From assembly GCA_900315885.1 (NCBI GenBank), contig ONAT01000005.1:1068-65067 (forward strand): a stretch of DNA of 64,000 bases, read 5' to 3'. Source of the DNA: an uncultured Erysipelotrichaceae bacterium (GTDB lineage: Bacteria; Bacillota_I; Bacilli_A; RFN20; CAG-826). The notes beneath the pieces are model-generated. The model was not told where the DNA came from. It did no database searches and was given only the letters and a program-made list of their open reading frames with translations. This document shows, piece after piece, positions 49,850 to 59,767 of the stretch. The number at the start of each line of letters is the position of its first letter. Positions within the stretch are counted from its first letter, which is position 1. Both the position numbers and the translations under genes were made by a program.

Positions 49850-51886
49850 ATGAAAACATTCAAACGATTAATCTATTTATCTAGTTTATTAGCGCTTACG
49901 ATGACTCCAATGGCAAGAGTGGTTAATGCGCAAGATATTCCTTTCAAAACAACTTTAGAAGGAGGAGTAAAAGTTTCTTATACTACGGCATCCAAAGATA
50001 CAAGGTCAACTTTACTTCTAAAACCAACAGGTTCAGCTGATTTTTCTGGAGATGGCATTGCCATACGTATAAAAAATCATATTGAATCAGGTGGAGGTTC
50101 TCCGTTTTTTGTGTTTTTAAACGAAACAGACTCGGACCGTGTCCAAGCTGGAACAGGAACTTCAACAAGTTATACTTTGTATCATTTAGATGGCACACAA
50201 GAATCTCAAACTTATCGTTCGGGAGATAACGCTATTAGTCTTCCTGCTTCATTTGATGGGTACATTTATTTACCATATCAAAGCTTTGGTTATGTGAATG
50301 GTTATGGTTCTGGTAACGGAACATTTGACTATAGCACTGTTTATGGATTTTATATAGAAATTAATACTTATTATGATGCCTTTTCTAATTTCTCTTTAGG
50401 AGGATTAGAAAAACTTCAAAATAATGTTGCAACTACACTTTTAGATCCAACAACATTAAATGACTACACATATGGTAACTATTATTGTAAAGATTATAAT
50501 GGCGAGTATATCAATCTTGAACATAAAAGTGTTGGAGGTGGAGAGGTTACTTCCGATGTTGATTATGGAAAAGTTACATTAGATGGTGAACTTAATAAGG
50601 GATTACAAGTTTCTTATATTGGCGCGGAAAGTGATCTTATTTCGCAATTTGGCATTGTGCCAACGATTCGTAATTACGGCACAGATTGTGACTCGTTAGC
50701 GTTTAGAATTAAAAACCATACATCTATTGCTACTCCAATTACTATTGGCGTAAAAGATCGAAGTGCTAAGACTTATAGTGTTAACAAAACTGTAGGTAAA
50801 AATATCTTCTTTAAAGCAAAAGATAATACATTAAGTATCAATGCTTGGAGAAGTTGGGATTCTGCGGTTGTTATACCATCTGGTTTTGATGGTTGGATGA
50901 TTATTCCATTTGCTTTGTTTAATACAGTTACAGCAGCAAACCCTAGTGATGTTCGTTCAATTGTCTTCTCTACTTCGGTATTTAAATCTTATGATGCTTT
51001 TACAATCTTGACATTTGGTGATATTACAATCATTAAATCAGATGCTAGTTTAACAAAATTATTAACTCCAAGTACTTTAACTGAAGCACAATTTAACGCA
51101 ACATACGTTAAAAATACAAATACAGAATACATCCGCTTTACCCGTTACGAAGAACAAACTTTAGTAGCAGAAAGAGAAGGCGATGTTAAATATCTTGAAA
51201 CATTTACACATGTTAAAACAGATGCAGAGTTAAATGGAGAATTCCCAGTTTGGACTGGTGGCTCCACTCTTACAACTACTTTAGTAGATACTTATAACAA
51301 TAGAAAAGGTATGCAAGTAGATATTGGAGCAGTTATTCCAAATAACAATATATATGGTTCCATCAATGTCTTCCCAAAATATTATGTTTCTGATTGGAAC
51401 AATTGGGCTGATGGAGGCGAAAACCATGACCAAAAGGCTGAAGGTGTCACTTGCTATTTGAAAAACTTATCTCGTAAAGAAATTATTATGAATCTTGAGT
51501 TTGATGAAATAACTAAGAAAAATAATAAAAACGTTACAGAGAGATGGAATGTTCAATTAGGCGCAATGATTATGTATTACGACATTAATACAAATCAAGA
51601 ATTTATTAGAATGGCTAAACCGGCAATTGTTATACCTGTTAATTTTGAAGGTTATATTCGTATTGATTTCTCACAATATTCTGTCCCAGTTTGGTGTACA
51701 GATGGTGATTTGCAACTTGATGTAAGTGCAAATATGGCGGGAATGTATGTAACTACAGATTGCTCTAATAATGAAGGTTTATCATTCGTTATTTCCGATT
51801 GTGGTATCTATTTCAATAAAACAGAGATTTCTTCGTTCTTTGAAGAAAGTGAAAATTCTATTCGTTCAAACATGGGGAGGAATTAA
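49850..51886 (+). CDS. Secreted protein with three tandem CBM-like beta domains
   Basis: Signal peptide ending VNA; repeats with (GDG)xAxRIKN...PxxFDGYIYLPY. Confidence 0.7.
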   Translation: MKTFKRLIYLSSLLALTMTPMARVVNAQDIPFKTTLEGGVKVSYTTASKDTRSTLLLKPTGSADFSGDGIAIRIKNHIESGGGSPFFVFLNETDSDRVQAGTGTSTSYTLYHLDGTQESQTYRSGDNAISLPASFDGYIYLPYQSFGYVNGYGSGNGTFDYSTVYGFYIEINTYYDAFSNFSLGGLEKLQNNVATTLLDPTTLNDYTYGNYYCKDYNGEYINLEHKSVGGGEVTSDVDYGKVTLDGELNKGLQVSYIGAESDLISQFGIVPTIRNYGTDCDSLAFRIKNHTSIATPITIGVKDRSAKTYSVNKTVGKNIFFKAKDNTLSINAWRSWDSAVVIPSGFDGWMIIPFALFNTVTAANPSDVRSIVFSTSVFKSYDAFTILTFGDITIIKSDASLTKLLTPSTLTEAQFNATYVKNTNTEYIRFTRYEEQTLVAEREGDVKYLETFTHVKTDAELNGEFPVWTGGSTLTTTLVDTYNNRKGMQVDIGAVIPNNNIYGSINVFPKYYVSDWNNWADGGENHDQKAEGVTCYLKNLSRKEIIMNLEFDEITKKNNKNVTERWNVQLGAMIMYYDINTNQEFIRMAKPAIVIPVNFEGYIRIDFSQYSVPVWCTDGDLQLDVSANMAGMYVTTDCSNNEGLSFVISDCGIYFNKTEISSFFEESENSIRSNMGRN

Positions 51887-51888
51887 GC

Positions 51889-53016
51889 ATGAAAAAGAAA
51901 TTAATGATGTTAATTTTACCGTTGATGCTATTAATGGGGTGTGACACAACAACTCCTAGTACACCACAAGAAAAATTTGAACCTAAAACAAATTATGGCA
52001 TTGCTCCAATGTTTGATGATACTTTAGGAATTTATGATAAAGATCCAGCAATCTTTAAAGAAGATGGAAAAAAATATACTTTCTTTACAACAAATGAAAC
52101 AAAATATGTGACAGGAGATGTCATTGGTTTACGTATCGGCACTGAAAACGAAAATGGCGAAACTGTTTATGATAAAACAACGCAAATTGTTTTAAGAGCA
52201 AGTGAAAATGATTGGGATTCAATGCGTGTTTCTAATCCTGATGTTATCAAAGGTGAATTTGCTTATCAAAATGTTACTTATTCTTATTTAATGGCGTTCC
52301 AAGGAACTTCAAAAGTAAAAGATAAGTTATATCAAATCGGTTTTGCAGTTAGTAATGATTTACTAAATTGGAAAAAAGTAGGAAACGAACCAATTATTAA
52401 ATATTCTTCATACGCTTATGGTTCTGCTTATGGCGTAGGTGCTCCATCACTTGTAAGTTATGATCAAAAAGGAAAATTCTATTGTTTCTATACTTACGCA
52501 GACGCATTAATTACAACAACAAGAGTTAGCTATTTTGATTGCTCTTCACTAGATGATATTAAAACAGGTGAAGCATCCGCAATATCATCTAAAGGTTTAG
52601 AAGATAAATCAGGAGATGTCGTGTTTAATAACGCAGACTTCATGATTGATAAAGAATCTAACACTATATACTGCGTACGTGATCGTAACCCAGTTATGAC
52701 TATGCCTGCAACTAGTGATTCAATTCAAGTAGCAAAAGCGGATTTAAAGATATTAGTTAATCCAAATGATTATGAATGGACACTTGTTACAAGAAGCATT
52801 TCTGATTTAGATACTGCTTTATTAGACGGGGAAGAAAGTCAAGAATTTGGTTGGGAACGTATTTATTCTGCATGTTTAATTAGTGATGCTTATGGACATA
52901 AACTAGCTGGAGACAAATTGCCATTAGCTTTTAGTGTTTCCGCGGTTGGTGTTGGTAGTGAAAACAATAATTACCTATATTCAGGTGCAATTGTTTACTA
53001 CGAAGTGAATTTATAA
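51889..53016 (+). CDS. Lipoprotein, five-bladed beta-propeller glycosidase-like
   Basis: Lipobox LMGC; DP, WDS..V..P.VIKG, YLMA, IGFAVSNDLLNW, GAPSLV. Confidence 0.7.
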   Translation: MKKKLMMLILPLMLLMGCDTTTPSTPQEKFEPKTNYGIAPMFDDTLGIYDKDPAIFKEDGKKYTFFTTNETKYVTGDVIGLRIGTENENGETVYDKTTQIVLRASENDWDSMRVSNPDVIKGEFAYQNVTYSYLMAFQGTSKVKDKLYQIGFAVSNDLLNWKKVGNEPIIKYSSYAYGSAYGVGAPSLVSYDQKGKFYCFYTYADALITTTRVSYFDCSSLDDIKTGEASAISSKGLEDKSGDVVFNNADFMIDKESNTIYCVRDRNPVMTMPATSDSIQVAKADLKILVNPNDYEWTLVTRSISDLDTALLDGEESQEFGWERIYSACLISDAYGHKLAGDKLPLAFSVSAVGVGSENNNYLYSGAIVYYEVNL

Positions 53017-53030
53017 GGAGGAACTCATAG

Positions 53031-54191
53031 ATGAAAAAAATAATGAAGTTTGTCTGTTTATTAGCGTTGCTTTGTGGAGGTTGTGATATGAATAGTAATA
53101 GTGGTTCAACACCAAATTCTTCTAAACCGACTGAAGAAGAAAATAAAGTTTATCAATTATTTGAACATAAAAAGGGCGAGACAGAAACTGATCAATTTTA
53201 TAATTATTGCCCAACATCATTTGAAGAAGATGGTGTAAGACATATCTACTATTGCGCAAATAAGATACACGGTAATGTTACTGACTACATCGCTTATCGT
53301 AGAGGTGTAAAAAACGAAAAAGGAATATGGGAATATGGTGAAATATCATATGTCCTTGCTCCAACAGAAAACACTTGGGATTCTCGTCATGTTTGTGATC
53401 CAAGCGTTATCAAAGGAGTATTCAATTATAACGAAGAAACTTATAACTATTTAATGGCCTATTTAGGTTGTGTTACAAGCGATAACACAAAAAATGAAGT
53501 TGGCTTAGCAATTGCTAAAAAACCCGAAGGACCTTGGATTAAAATCGATAATAATCCAATTTGTCATTATGAACTAAATGATAATAAAGGATTTCAATGG
53601 GGATATGGACAACCAAGTTTAGTATCCGTAGATAAAGAAAGTGAAGTTTTATTATTCTATACAGTTGGTGATGGTGCATCTACATACACACGTGTAGAAA
53701 GATGGGATTTTAGTTCTTTAAATAATCCAGTTATGGTTTCGGACAATTACAAACGAGTTATTACTCGTGGCTTAAAGAATTTAAATAATGCTCAAGACTA
53801 CATTTCTAATGCAGACTTTGCTTATGACCCAACGAGTGGAAGAATCTATATGATTAAAGATGATCATCCATCTCCAGAAGGAGCGAGTGTAGGTTCAGGA
53901 GTAACTATTTATTACTTAGAAGAAGACTTTGAAAATAAAGATTTCTATCCAGGATATACATTATTTAATGTTGTCGGTGATATGTGGAATGAAATGGATC
54001 ACATTGATGTATCTGTTTCAGGATTTGCGTTAAATCATAACTCTGGATTTGTCACTGATGCTTATGGATGGACATTATCGAATAAAAATATTGATTGCTT
54101 ATTTACAGCTGCGAATTTCTATCCTAGTTCATTCTGGGGTACATTAGGTAGCTATAGAATTTATCAATATACAATGGAAATAACAGAATAA
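53031..54191 (+). CDS. Lipoprotein, five-bladed beta-propeller glycosidase-like (paralog)
   Basis: Lipobox CGGC; YNYCP, WDSRHVCDPSVIKG, YLMAYLG, NEVGLA...PEGPW, WGYGQPSLV. Confidence 0.72.
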   Translation: MKKIMKFVCLLALLCGGCDMNSNSGSTPNSSKPTEEENKVYQLFEHKKGETETDQFYNYCPTSFEEDGVRHIYYCANKIHGNVTDYIAYRRGVKNEKGIWEYGEISYVLAPTENTWDSRHVCDPSVIKGVFNYNEETYNYLMAYLGCVTSDNTKNEVGLAIAKKPEGPWIKIDNNPICHYELNDNKGFQWGYGQPSLVSVDKESEVLLFYTVGDGASTYTRVERWDFSSLNNPVMVSDNYKRVITRGLKNLNNAQDYISNADFAYDPTSGRIYMIKDDHPSPEGASVGSGVTIYYLEEDFENKDFYPGYTLFNVVGDMWNEMDHIDVSVSGFALNHNSGFVTDAYGWTLSNKNIDCLFTAANFYPSSFWGTLGSYRIYQYTMEITE

Positions 54192-54203
54192 GGTGTAAAA
54201 ATA

Positions 54204-54857
54204 ATGCAGGATTTTGATAAAAAAACTAATGGAAAAGGCTATAGATTTCTAAAAGTGTTAGGAGACATTTTCGTTTTAAACATTGAGTTTATTTTGGTAA
54301 CATGCCTTTCCTTAACAGTTCTATTTTTTCCTGCATTATTTGCCCTTGTTGAGTTGTTTAAAAATGAAAAAACAAGTTATGTTAATCCTTTTTCTGATTA
54401 CTTCGCTTTAATTAAAAAGCATATTAAAAAGGGATTAAAATATTGGATTACTGTTCTTCCAATATACGCTTTATTAGCTTATGTATTATATCTAGATTAT
54501 CAATTAATACATGCGAACGAAAGCGTTATGGTCGCGTGGATGAGTTTAATTATTATTATTGGTATTTTAATTGTCTTAACATCTGCGCTTATTGAATTGC
54601 CTTTATTTATTGCATATTTTGATGATGAAAAAGCACTTGATTGCTTTAGAAAAGCATCTTTAATTGCTAGAAAAAAATTGTTGTTAGTTCTTTCATCATG
54701 GATGTGCATTCTCTCATTTGTCTTCGTATTTTATATGTTCTATCCGCTGATTTTCTTCTTTGGTATAGGACTTATGGTTTATCTAGTAACAAGAATGAGC
54801 GAGAGAGTATATGAGCAATTAGTTAGAGAAGAAAAAGCAAGACTAAAAGAAGAATGA
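54204..54857 (+). CDS. YesL/DUF624-like membrane protein
   Basis: 'DIFVLN...FFPALFAL', about 5 TM; usual companion of LplABC importers. Confidence 0.75.
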   Translation: MQDFDKKTNGKGYRFLKVLGDIFVLNIEFILVTCLSLTVLFFPALFALVELFKNEKTSYVNPFSDYFALIKKHIKKGLKYWITVLPIYALLAYVLYLDYQLIHANESVMVAWMSLIIIIGILIVLTSALIELPLFIAYFDDEKALDCFRKASLIARKKLLLVLSSWMCILSFVFVFYMFYPLIFFFGIGLMVYLVTRMSERVYEQLVREEKARLKEE

Positions 54858-54932
54858 ATGTAGATTACTAATGTAATTTACAGATAGATTATTAGATATT
54901 TGATTCGTAATAAATAGGAAAGGAGGAACAAA

Positions 54933-55838
54933 ATGAAAATTTTAGTTGTTGGCAGTATCAACATGGATTTAGTAACTTATGTTAATTCTTTACCACAGCG
55001 TGGGGAGACAACATTCGGCTCAACTTTTATGCAAAACCCAGGTGGAAAAGGCGCTAATCAAGCATGTGCCGCGGCATTACTTAATGGCGATGTGACATTC
55101 CTTGGCGCAATTGGAAGCGATGATTATGGTAAAGCATTACAAAGTTGTTTATGTAAATGTGGAGTAAAACCAGTTTTAAAAATTTCTAAAACTAAACCGA
55201 CAGGATGTGCATCAATTATTATTGAAGAAGATGTGCACGACAATCGAATTATTGTTATTTCAGGAGCGAATGAAGAAATAAAAGAGCATGATATTGATAT
55301 GCATTTAGATTTACTTCAAGACGCAGACATAATAATTATGCAATTAGAAATTCCACTTGAAACTGTAGAGTATGTTGCTACTTTAGCACATAAAATGCAT
55401 AAAACTGTTATTTTAAATCCAGCACCAGGCAAAAAACTTAGCGATAATTTATTAACAAAAGTTAACTATTTAACTCCAAATGAAACAGAATTAGCGCTTT
55501 TAACGGATTTAGAAGTTAATGATGAAGAATCTTTAGCAAAAGCGTGTGACTGTTTACTAAATAAAGGGACAAAAAATTTATTAATTACTTTAGGAAGCAA
55601 AGGAGTTTATTGGTGTACACAAGATGCTAAAAAGTTAATACCAGCATTCCGTGTAGACGCTGTCGACACAACTGCAGCAGGAGATTGTTTTAATGGGGCT
55701 TTCGCAACATTCTTATCCGAAGGATATGAAGTAGAAAAAGCAATCTTATATGCTCAAAAAGCCTCTTCAATTTGTGTCCAACGTAAAGGTGCGATTGCAT
55801 CTTTACCAAGAAGAGAAGAATTGATGATTAAAAATTAG
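54933..55838 (+). CDS. rbsK: Ribokinase
   Basis: VVGSINMD, GGKGANQA, MQLEIP, NPAP, TPNETE, DTTAAGDCF. Confidence 0.95.
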   Translation: MKILVVGSINMDLVTYVNSLPQRGETTFGSTFMQNPGGKGANQACAAALLNGDVTFLGAIGSDDYGKALQSCLCKCGVKPVLKISKTKPTGCASIIIEEDVHDNRIIVISGANEEIKEHDIDMHLDLLQDADIIIMQLEIPLETVEYVATLAHKMHKTVILNPAPGKKLSDNLLTKVNYLTPNETELALLTDLEVNDEESLAKACDCLLNKGTKNLLITLGSKGVYWCTQDAKKLIPAFRVDAVDTTAAGDCFNGAFATFLSEGYEVEKAILYAQKASSICVQRKGAIASLPRREELMIKN

Positions 55839-55865
55839 ATTTTAAAAGGGAGGAAAAACAAATAA

Positions 55866-58079
55866 ATGAAAAAATCTTTAAAATCTTTACTATTAGTTGC
55901 ATTTATGGCTGGTGCAACTGCGTTAGTGGGATGCGATAATAATCAAACATCTACACCAGCGTCAACTCAACCATCAGTGACAACACCTCAACCTTCAGTT
56001 GCGCCTAGTGTTGATCCTGCAATTTTGGAAGGCCAAAAAACTGCCGCTATCACAGAAGTTGAAAACTACAAAAACAAAGATGACTACCGTGATACAGAAA
56101 AGGCTCAACTTGAAACATTAATTACAAACACAAAAACTGTGATTAATCAAGCAACAAGCAAAACAGCTATTGATGAAGCTGTTACACAATTTAAAGCAAG
56201 TGCAGATGCTTTAAAGACAAATGCACAATATGAAGCAGAAGAATTTGCTACTTATAAGACAACAAAAATTAGTGAAGTAGAAAATTACAAAGACAAGAAC
56301 GATTACCGCGATGCAGAAAAAGCACAATTAGAAGGATTAATTAATGCTGCTAAAACTGCAATTAATGATGCAACATCAAGAGAAGTTATTGATGGAGTAG
56401 TTACTACTTTCAAAACAAACGCAGATGCATTAAAAACTAATGCTCAATACGAAGCAGAAGAATTTGCAGCTTACAAAGAAACAAAAGTTAGTGAAGTTGA
56501 AGGTTATAAAACTGCAACTGACTATCGCGAAACCGAACAAACTCAACTTGCAACATTAATTCAAACTGCTAAAGCAAGCATTAATAATGCTACAACAAAA
56601 GATGAAATTAATAATGCGGTTACTGAATTCAAAACTGCTGCTGATGCACTAAAAACTAAAGCTCAATACGAGGCAGAAGAAGCTCAAGCTTTAGCAGACG
56701 CTATTGTAGCAGCTGGCTCGGAAATTGAAAATTACGTTAACCCAATTAATTATCGTAAAGCACAAGAAACACAAGTTCTTGATTTAATTGATGAATATTA
56801 TGCTAAAGTTCAAGCGGCTACATCTATTGATAACGTCAATGCAATAGTTACAGAATTTAAAGGCTTGGTTGATGCAATCCCAGTTGATACAGGATTCACT
56901 GGTGCTTTAGAAAAAGGTGCTATTGTATCATTTACAAAAGCTGCTAATCCAACAGCTGCAGATCTGTTCATTAAACCTGACACAAATAATTGGACTGGCG
57001 ATGGCTTTGCAATTCGTATTAAAAATACATGTGGTGCACAAATGTTTATTAATGTTTATTTAAATGAAACAGACTCTGATCGTGTTCATTTAGCAACAGG
57101 TGCAAGTTTCTATCTCTACGATGCAAATGGTAAATCAATGGCAACTTCTGGAAGAACTTGGGGCTACTACATGTTAGTACCCCATGGTTTTGATGGTTAT
57201 GTTTATATTCCATATGAAAGTATGGAATTAGATCCAAATTATGGTGGAGGAAATAAATCATTTAATTATTCTTCTGTTTATGGATTATATTTAGAAACAG
57301 CAGTTGAATGTGATGACTATCAAATCTATGAAGTGGGCGAGGTTCAAGTACTAAATGGTGACACCATTACTACAGTCGTATCAACAAGCGATTTGACTTC
57401 AAGAAACTATAGCTCTAAGTATGTTAAAGATTTTAATGGCCAATACATTAATACAAGATTTAATGGCGAAGAAGAGCCAGAAGAAACATGTATTTTTAGT
57501 GGCTCTTTAACAGGCTCGGAAATTTCATTTAATTCAAGTAGCGTTGATCAATTATCTGCTTTGAAATTGTCTGCTAAAAACAACAATTGGGCTGGTGATG
57601 GCTTTGCTATTAGAATGAAAGAATTAGCAGGAACACTATCCTATATCAGTATGTTTATCAATGAAACTGATGGTGACATTGCTTGTTTAAAAGCAAATGC
57701 AACTTATTCTTTATATAACCTAGATGGTACTGTTACTGAAGGATCAAATAATAGAGGATGGGGAAGCTATTTAACATTGCCTGCAAATTTTGATGGATAT
57801 GTCTATTTCCCTTATTCAAGCTTCGCCTACAATAGAGGAGCAGGCGATAACAATATGACTTATACAGGTATTTGGGGTGTATATTTTGAAATAAATACAT
57901 TTATAAACTATGGAGATTTCAATCAACATTTCATTATTGGTTCAATCGAAGTTAAAAATGGTGACACTGTTACTAAAGTTTTAGATACAACAACATTAAC
58001 AAACAGCGATTACACACAATATGTTGAAAAAGCAGGAAATAACGAGAATATTAATCAATCATTCTATTCTGCAAAATAA
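55866..58079 (+). CDS. Surface lipoprotein: helical-repeat stalk + two CBM-like domains
   Basis: Lipobox LVGC, P/T/S linker, four ~73-aa helical repeats, two domains homologous to those of 49850..51886. Confidence 0.8.
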   Translation: MKKSLKSLLLVAFMAGATALVGCDNNQTSTPASTQPSVTTPQPSVAPSVDPAILEGQKTAAITEVENYKNKDDYRDTEKAQLETLITNTKTVINQATSKTAIDEAVTQFKASADALKTNAQYEAEEFATYKTTKISEVENYKDKNDYRDAEKAQLEGLINAAKTAINDATSREVIDGVVTTFKTNADALKTNAQYEAEEFAAYKETKVSEVEGYKTATDYRETEQTQLATLIQTAKASINNATTKDEINNAVTEFKTAADALKTKAQYEAEEAQALADAIVAAGSEIENYVNPINYRKAQETQVLDLIDEYYAKVQAATSIDNVNAIVTEFKGLVDAIPVDTGFTGALEKGAIVSFTKAANPTAADLFIKPDTNNWTGDGFAIRIKNTCGAQMFINVYLNETDSDRVHLATGASFYLYDANGKSMATSGRTWGYYMLVPHGFDGYVYIPYESMELDPNYGGGNKSFNYSSVYGLYLETAVECDDYQIYEVGEVQVLNGDTITTVVSTSDLTSRNYSSKYVKDFNGQYINTRFNGEEEPEETCIFSGSLTGSEISFNSSSVDQLSALKLSAKNNNWAGDGFAIRMKELAGTLSYISMFINETDGDIACLKANATYSLYNLDGTVTEGSNNRGWGSYLTLPANFDGYVYFPYSSFAYNRGAGDNNMTYTGIWGVYFEINTFINYGDFNQHFIIGSIEVKNGDTVTKVLDTTTLTNSDYTQYVEKAGNNENINQSFYSAK
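56034..56890 (+). repeat. Intragenic ~219-bp (73-aa) tandem repeats, about 4 copies
   Basis: EVENYK..DYRD.EKAQL...INxATS...FK..ADALKTNAQYEAEE recurs. Confidence 0.9.
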
Positions 58080-58095
58080 TATTTAAAATGTGTTG

Positions 58096-58130
58096 AAAAA
58101 AGGCTATCGGCGTACGCTGATAGCCTTTTT
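58096..58130. terminator. Terminator ending the sugar locus (bidirectional)
   Basis: AAAAAGGCTATCGGCG-ta-CGCTGATAGCCTTTTT. Confidence 0.85.
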
Positions 58131-58182
58131 GTATGGATTAATGATACTTGAAATTAGTAGAAGAAGTTATTGTCACACAATA

Positions 58183-58875
58183 CTACATTTTCTCAAAAAG
58201 AATATTCATTATTATTCTAATCATTACTTCTTTTTCATCTAGTTTTGATTCTGCGACCAAAAGTGTAATGGCGGCTAAGGCACCATTAGAAATCGCTAGT
58301 TTATTTTGACTTAATAATGCATTCTTACTCAAATATAATAAAAATAAGCCTGCCGCAATTCTCTTACATCCATCTGCAAAAAGATGGTCTTTTACAATAA
58401 AATATAGCAAATTTGCAGCTTTTTCTTCTAATGATTTATATATTTCTTCTCCAAAAGCCGTTTGATTAATACAAGCAAGTATTCCCTCCAATTTACCATT
58501 TTCTTTTTCTACGCCAAAAACTTCTGAATCATGAGTAAAACGCATATTATTAATAAATTCTCGGCATTCATTATAATTTAAAACGTAATTTGCTTTATTT
58601 CCATTTGGCTTAGAAACGCATTAATGGTCATAATTATCAAGCAATGTTAAAGCATTTGTGTATAAATCGATTATGTTTTTTAAATCTTGCGTTTCTATAT
58701 CCAATGTGTTTGCTAGCATTTTATTTTGAATTTCTATTGTTTTATTTAACGCTAGCATCTTTTTGTTGTTTATAGCATATCCATCAATTAAATATTGTTT
58801 TAAAACATTATTAGCCCATTGTCTAAAGATAATGCCACGTTGTGATTTGACGCGATATCCCATAATTTCAAACAC
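58183..58875 (-). pseudogene. RhuM-Fic/Doc fusion, 5'-truncated with an internal stop
   Basis: RhuM-like GYRVKSQRGIIFRQWA; in-frame TAA after DNYDH; Fic-like KDHLFADGCKR. Confidence 0.85.
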
Positions 58876-58950
58876 ATAATCAAATTCGCGTTAAAACAAA
58901 AAACTGACACAATTTGGAGTAATGTCAATTTCGTGTTCAGTTATAGAAGG

Positions 58951-59304
58951 TTACCATGTTACAATTTCATCAACTATCCTTATTAATTTTTTGTACATCT
59001 CTGGTATCCATCGCGTTACCGTGTCATAAACAATAACCATATTTACGACGCCATAATCATGGACTATTTTGTTACGCATTCCTTTGATTGCCACCCAAGG
59101 GATTTCTCTATATTCCTTTTTAAACTCTTCCGATAGGCGGCTGTTGTTCTCTGCGATTTGAATAATGCGAAACATAATAGAATCAATCAGTAAATCATTG
59201 TTTTCTATTTCTTGTTTTGTTTTTCCTTTGGTTTGTTCTATTATGAATCCCAAGTCAGATATGATTTTTTCAAGATAGTACTTATCGTTTTTTACGTTAT
59301 CCAT
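58951..59304 (-). CDS. HEPN/DUF86 (HepT-like) RNase toxin
   Basis: IPWVAIKGMRNKIVHDYG (RX4HXY). Confidence 0.9.
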   Translation of the reverse strand: MDNVKNDKYYLEKIISDLGFIIEQTKGKTKQEIENNDLLIDSIMFRIIQIAENNSRLSEEFKKEYREIPWVAIKGMRNKIVHDYGVVNMVIVYDTVTRWIPEMYKKLIRIVDEIVTW

Positions 59305-59767
59305 AAATCTTTATGCCGTCCTTTAATATCTCTTGTACAAGCGTGGGATTATTATCCAACTGTGTTATATCCAGTAGATCAATTTTCTTTTTTAACTGTT
59401 CTCTCAACATCTCTATGAGTTCGAAGAATTTCATTCCGTCTACAGGCATTGCAACAAGCAAATCGACATCGCTTTTTTCTGTTGCTTTACCTTTGGCATA
59501 AGATCCGAATAGATAGCAGTATTCCACCGAATATTCCTTGAATATTTTGCCACATATTTTCTTTATTTGGTCTGTGGTTAATATCCCGTGGCTTTCATCG
59601 ATCCGCCCATATTCGCTCAATCGTTGTAGTAAATATTGATACTTGAGAGGGCTAATCTTTGTTTCATCGGACTCGTATCGTTTATATGTTCGCAGGGATA
59701 CTTGAAACAATTCCGCGCATTCGGCTTGCGTAATTCCTTTTTCAGTTCTTAATTGTTTTAGTGTCAT
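59297..59767 (-). CDS. XRE-HTH + minimal nucleotidyltransferase (MntA-like) antitoxin
   Basis: LKQLRTEKGITQAECAE HTH; LFGSYAKG...SDVDL (GSX10DXD); overlaps the toxin start. Confidence 0.9.
   Translation of the reverse strand: MTLKQLRTEKGITQAECAELFQVSLRTYKRYESDETKISPLKYQYLLQRLSEYGRIDESHGILTTDQIKKICGKIFKEYSVEYCYLFGSYAKGKATEKSDVDLLVAMPVDGMKFFELIEMLREQLKKKIDLLDITQLDNNPTLVQEILKDGIKIYG

Noticed and set aside
54859-54882. Inverted repeat upstream of rbsK
   Set aside because: No central CG of the LacI operator and no T-tail; function unsupported
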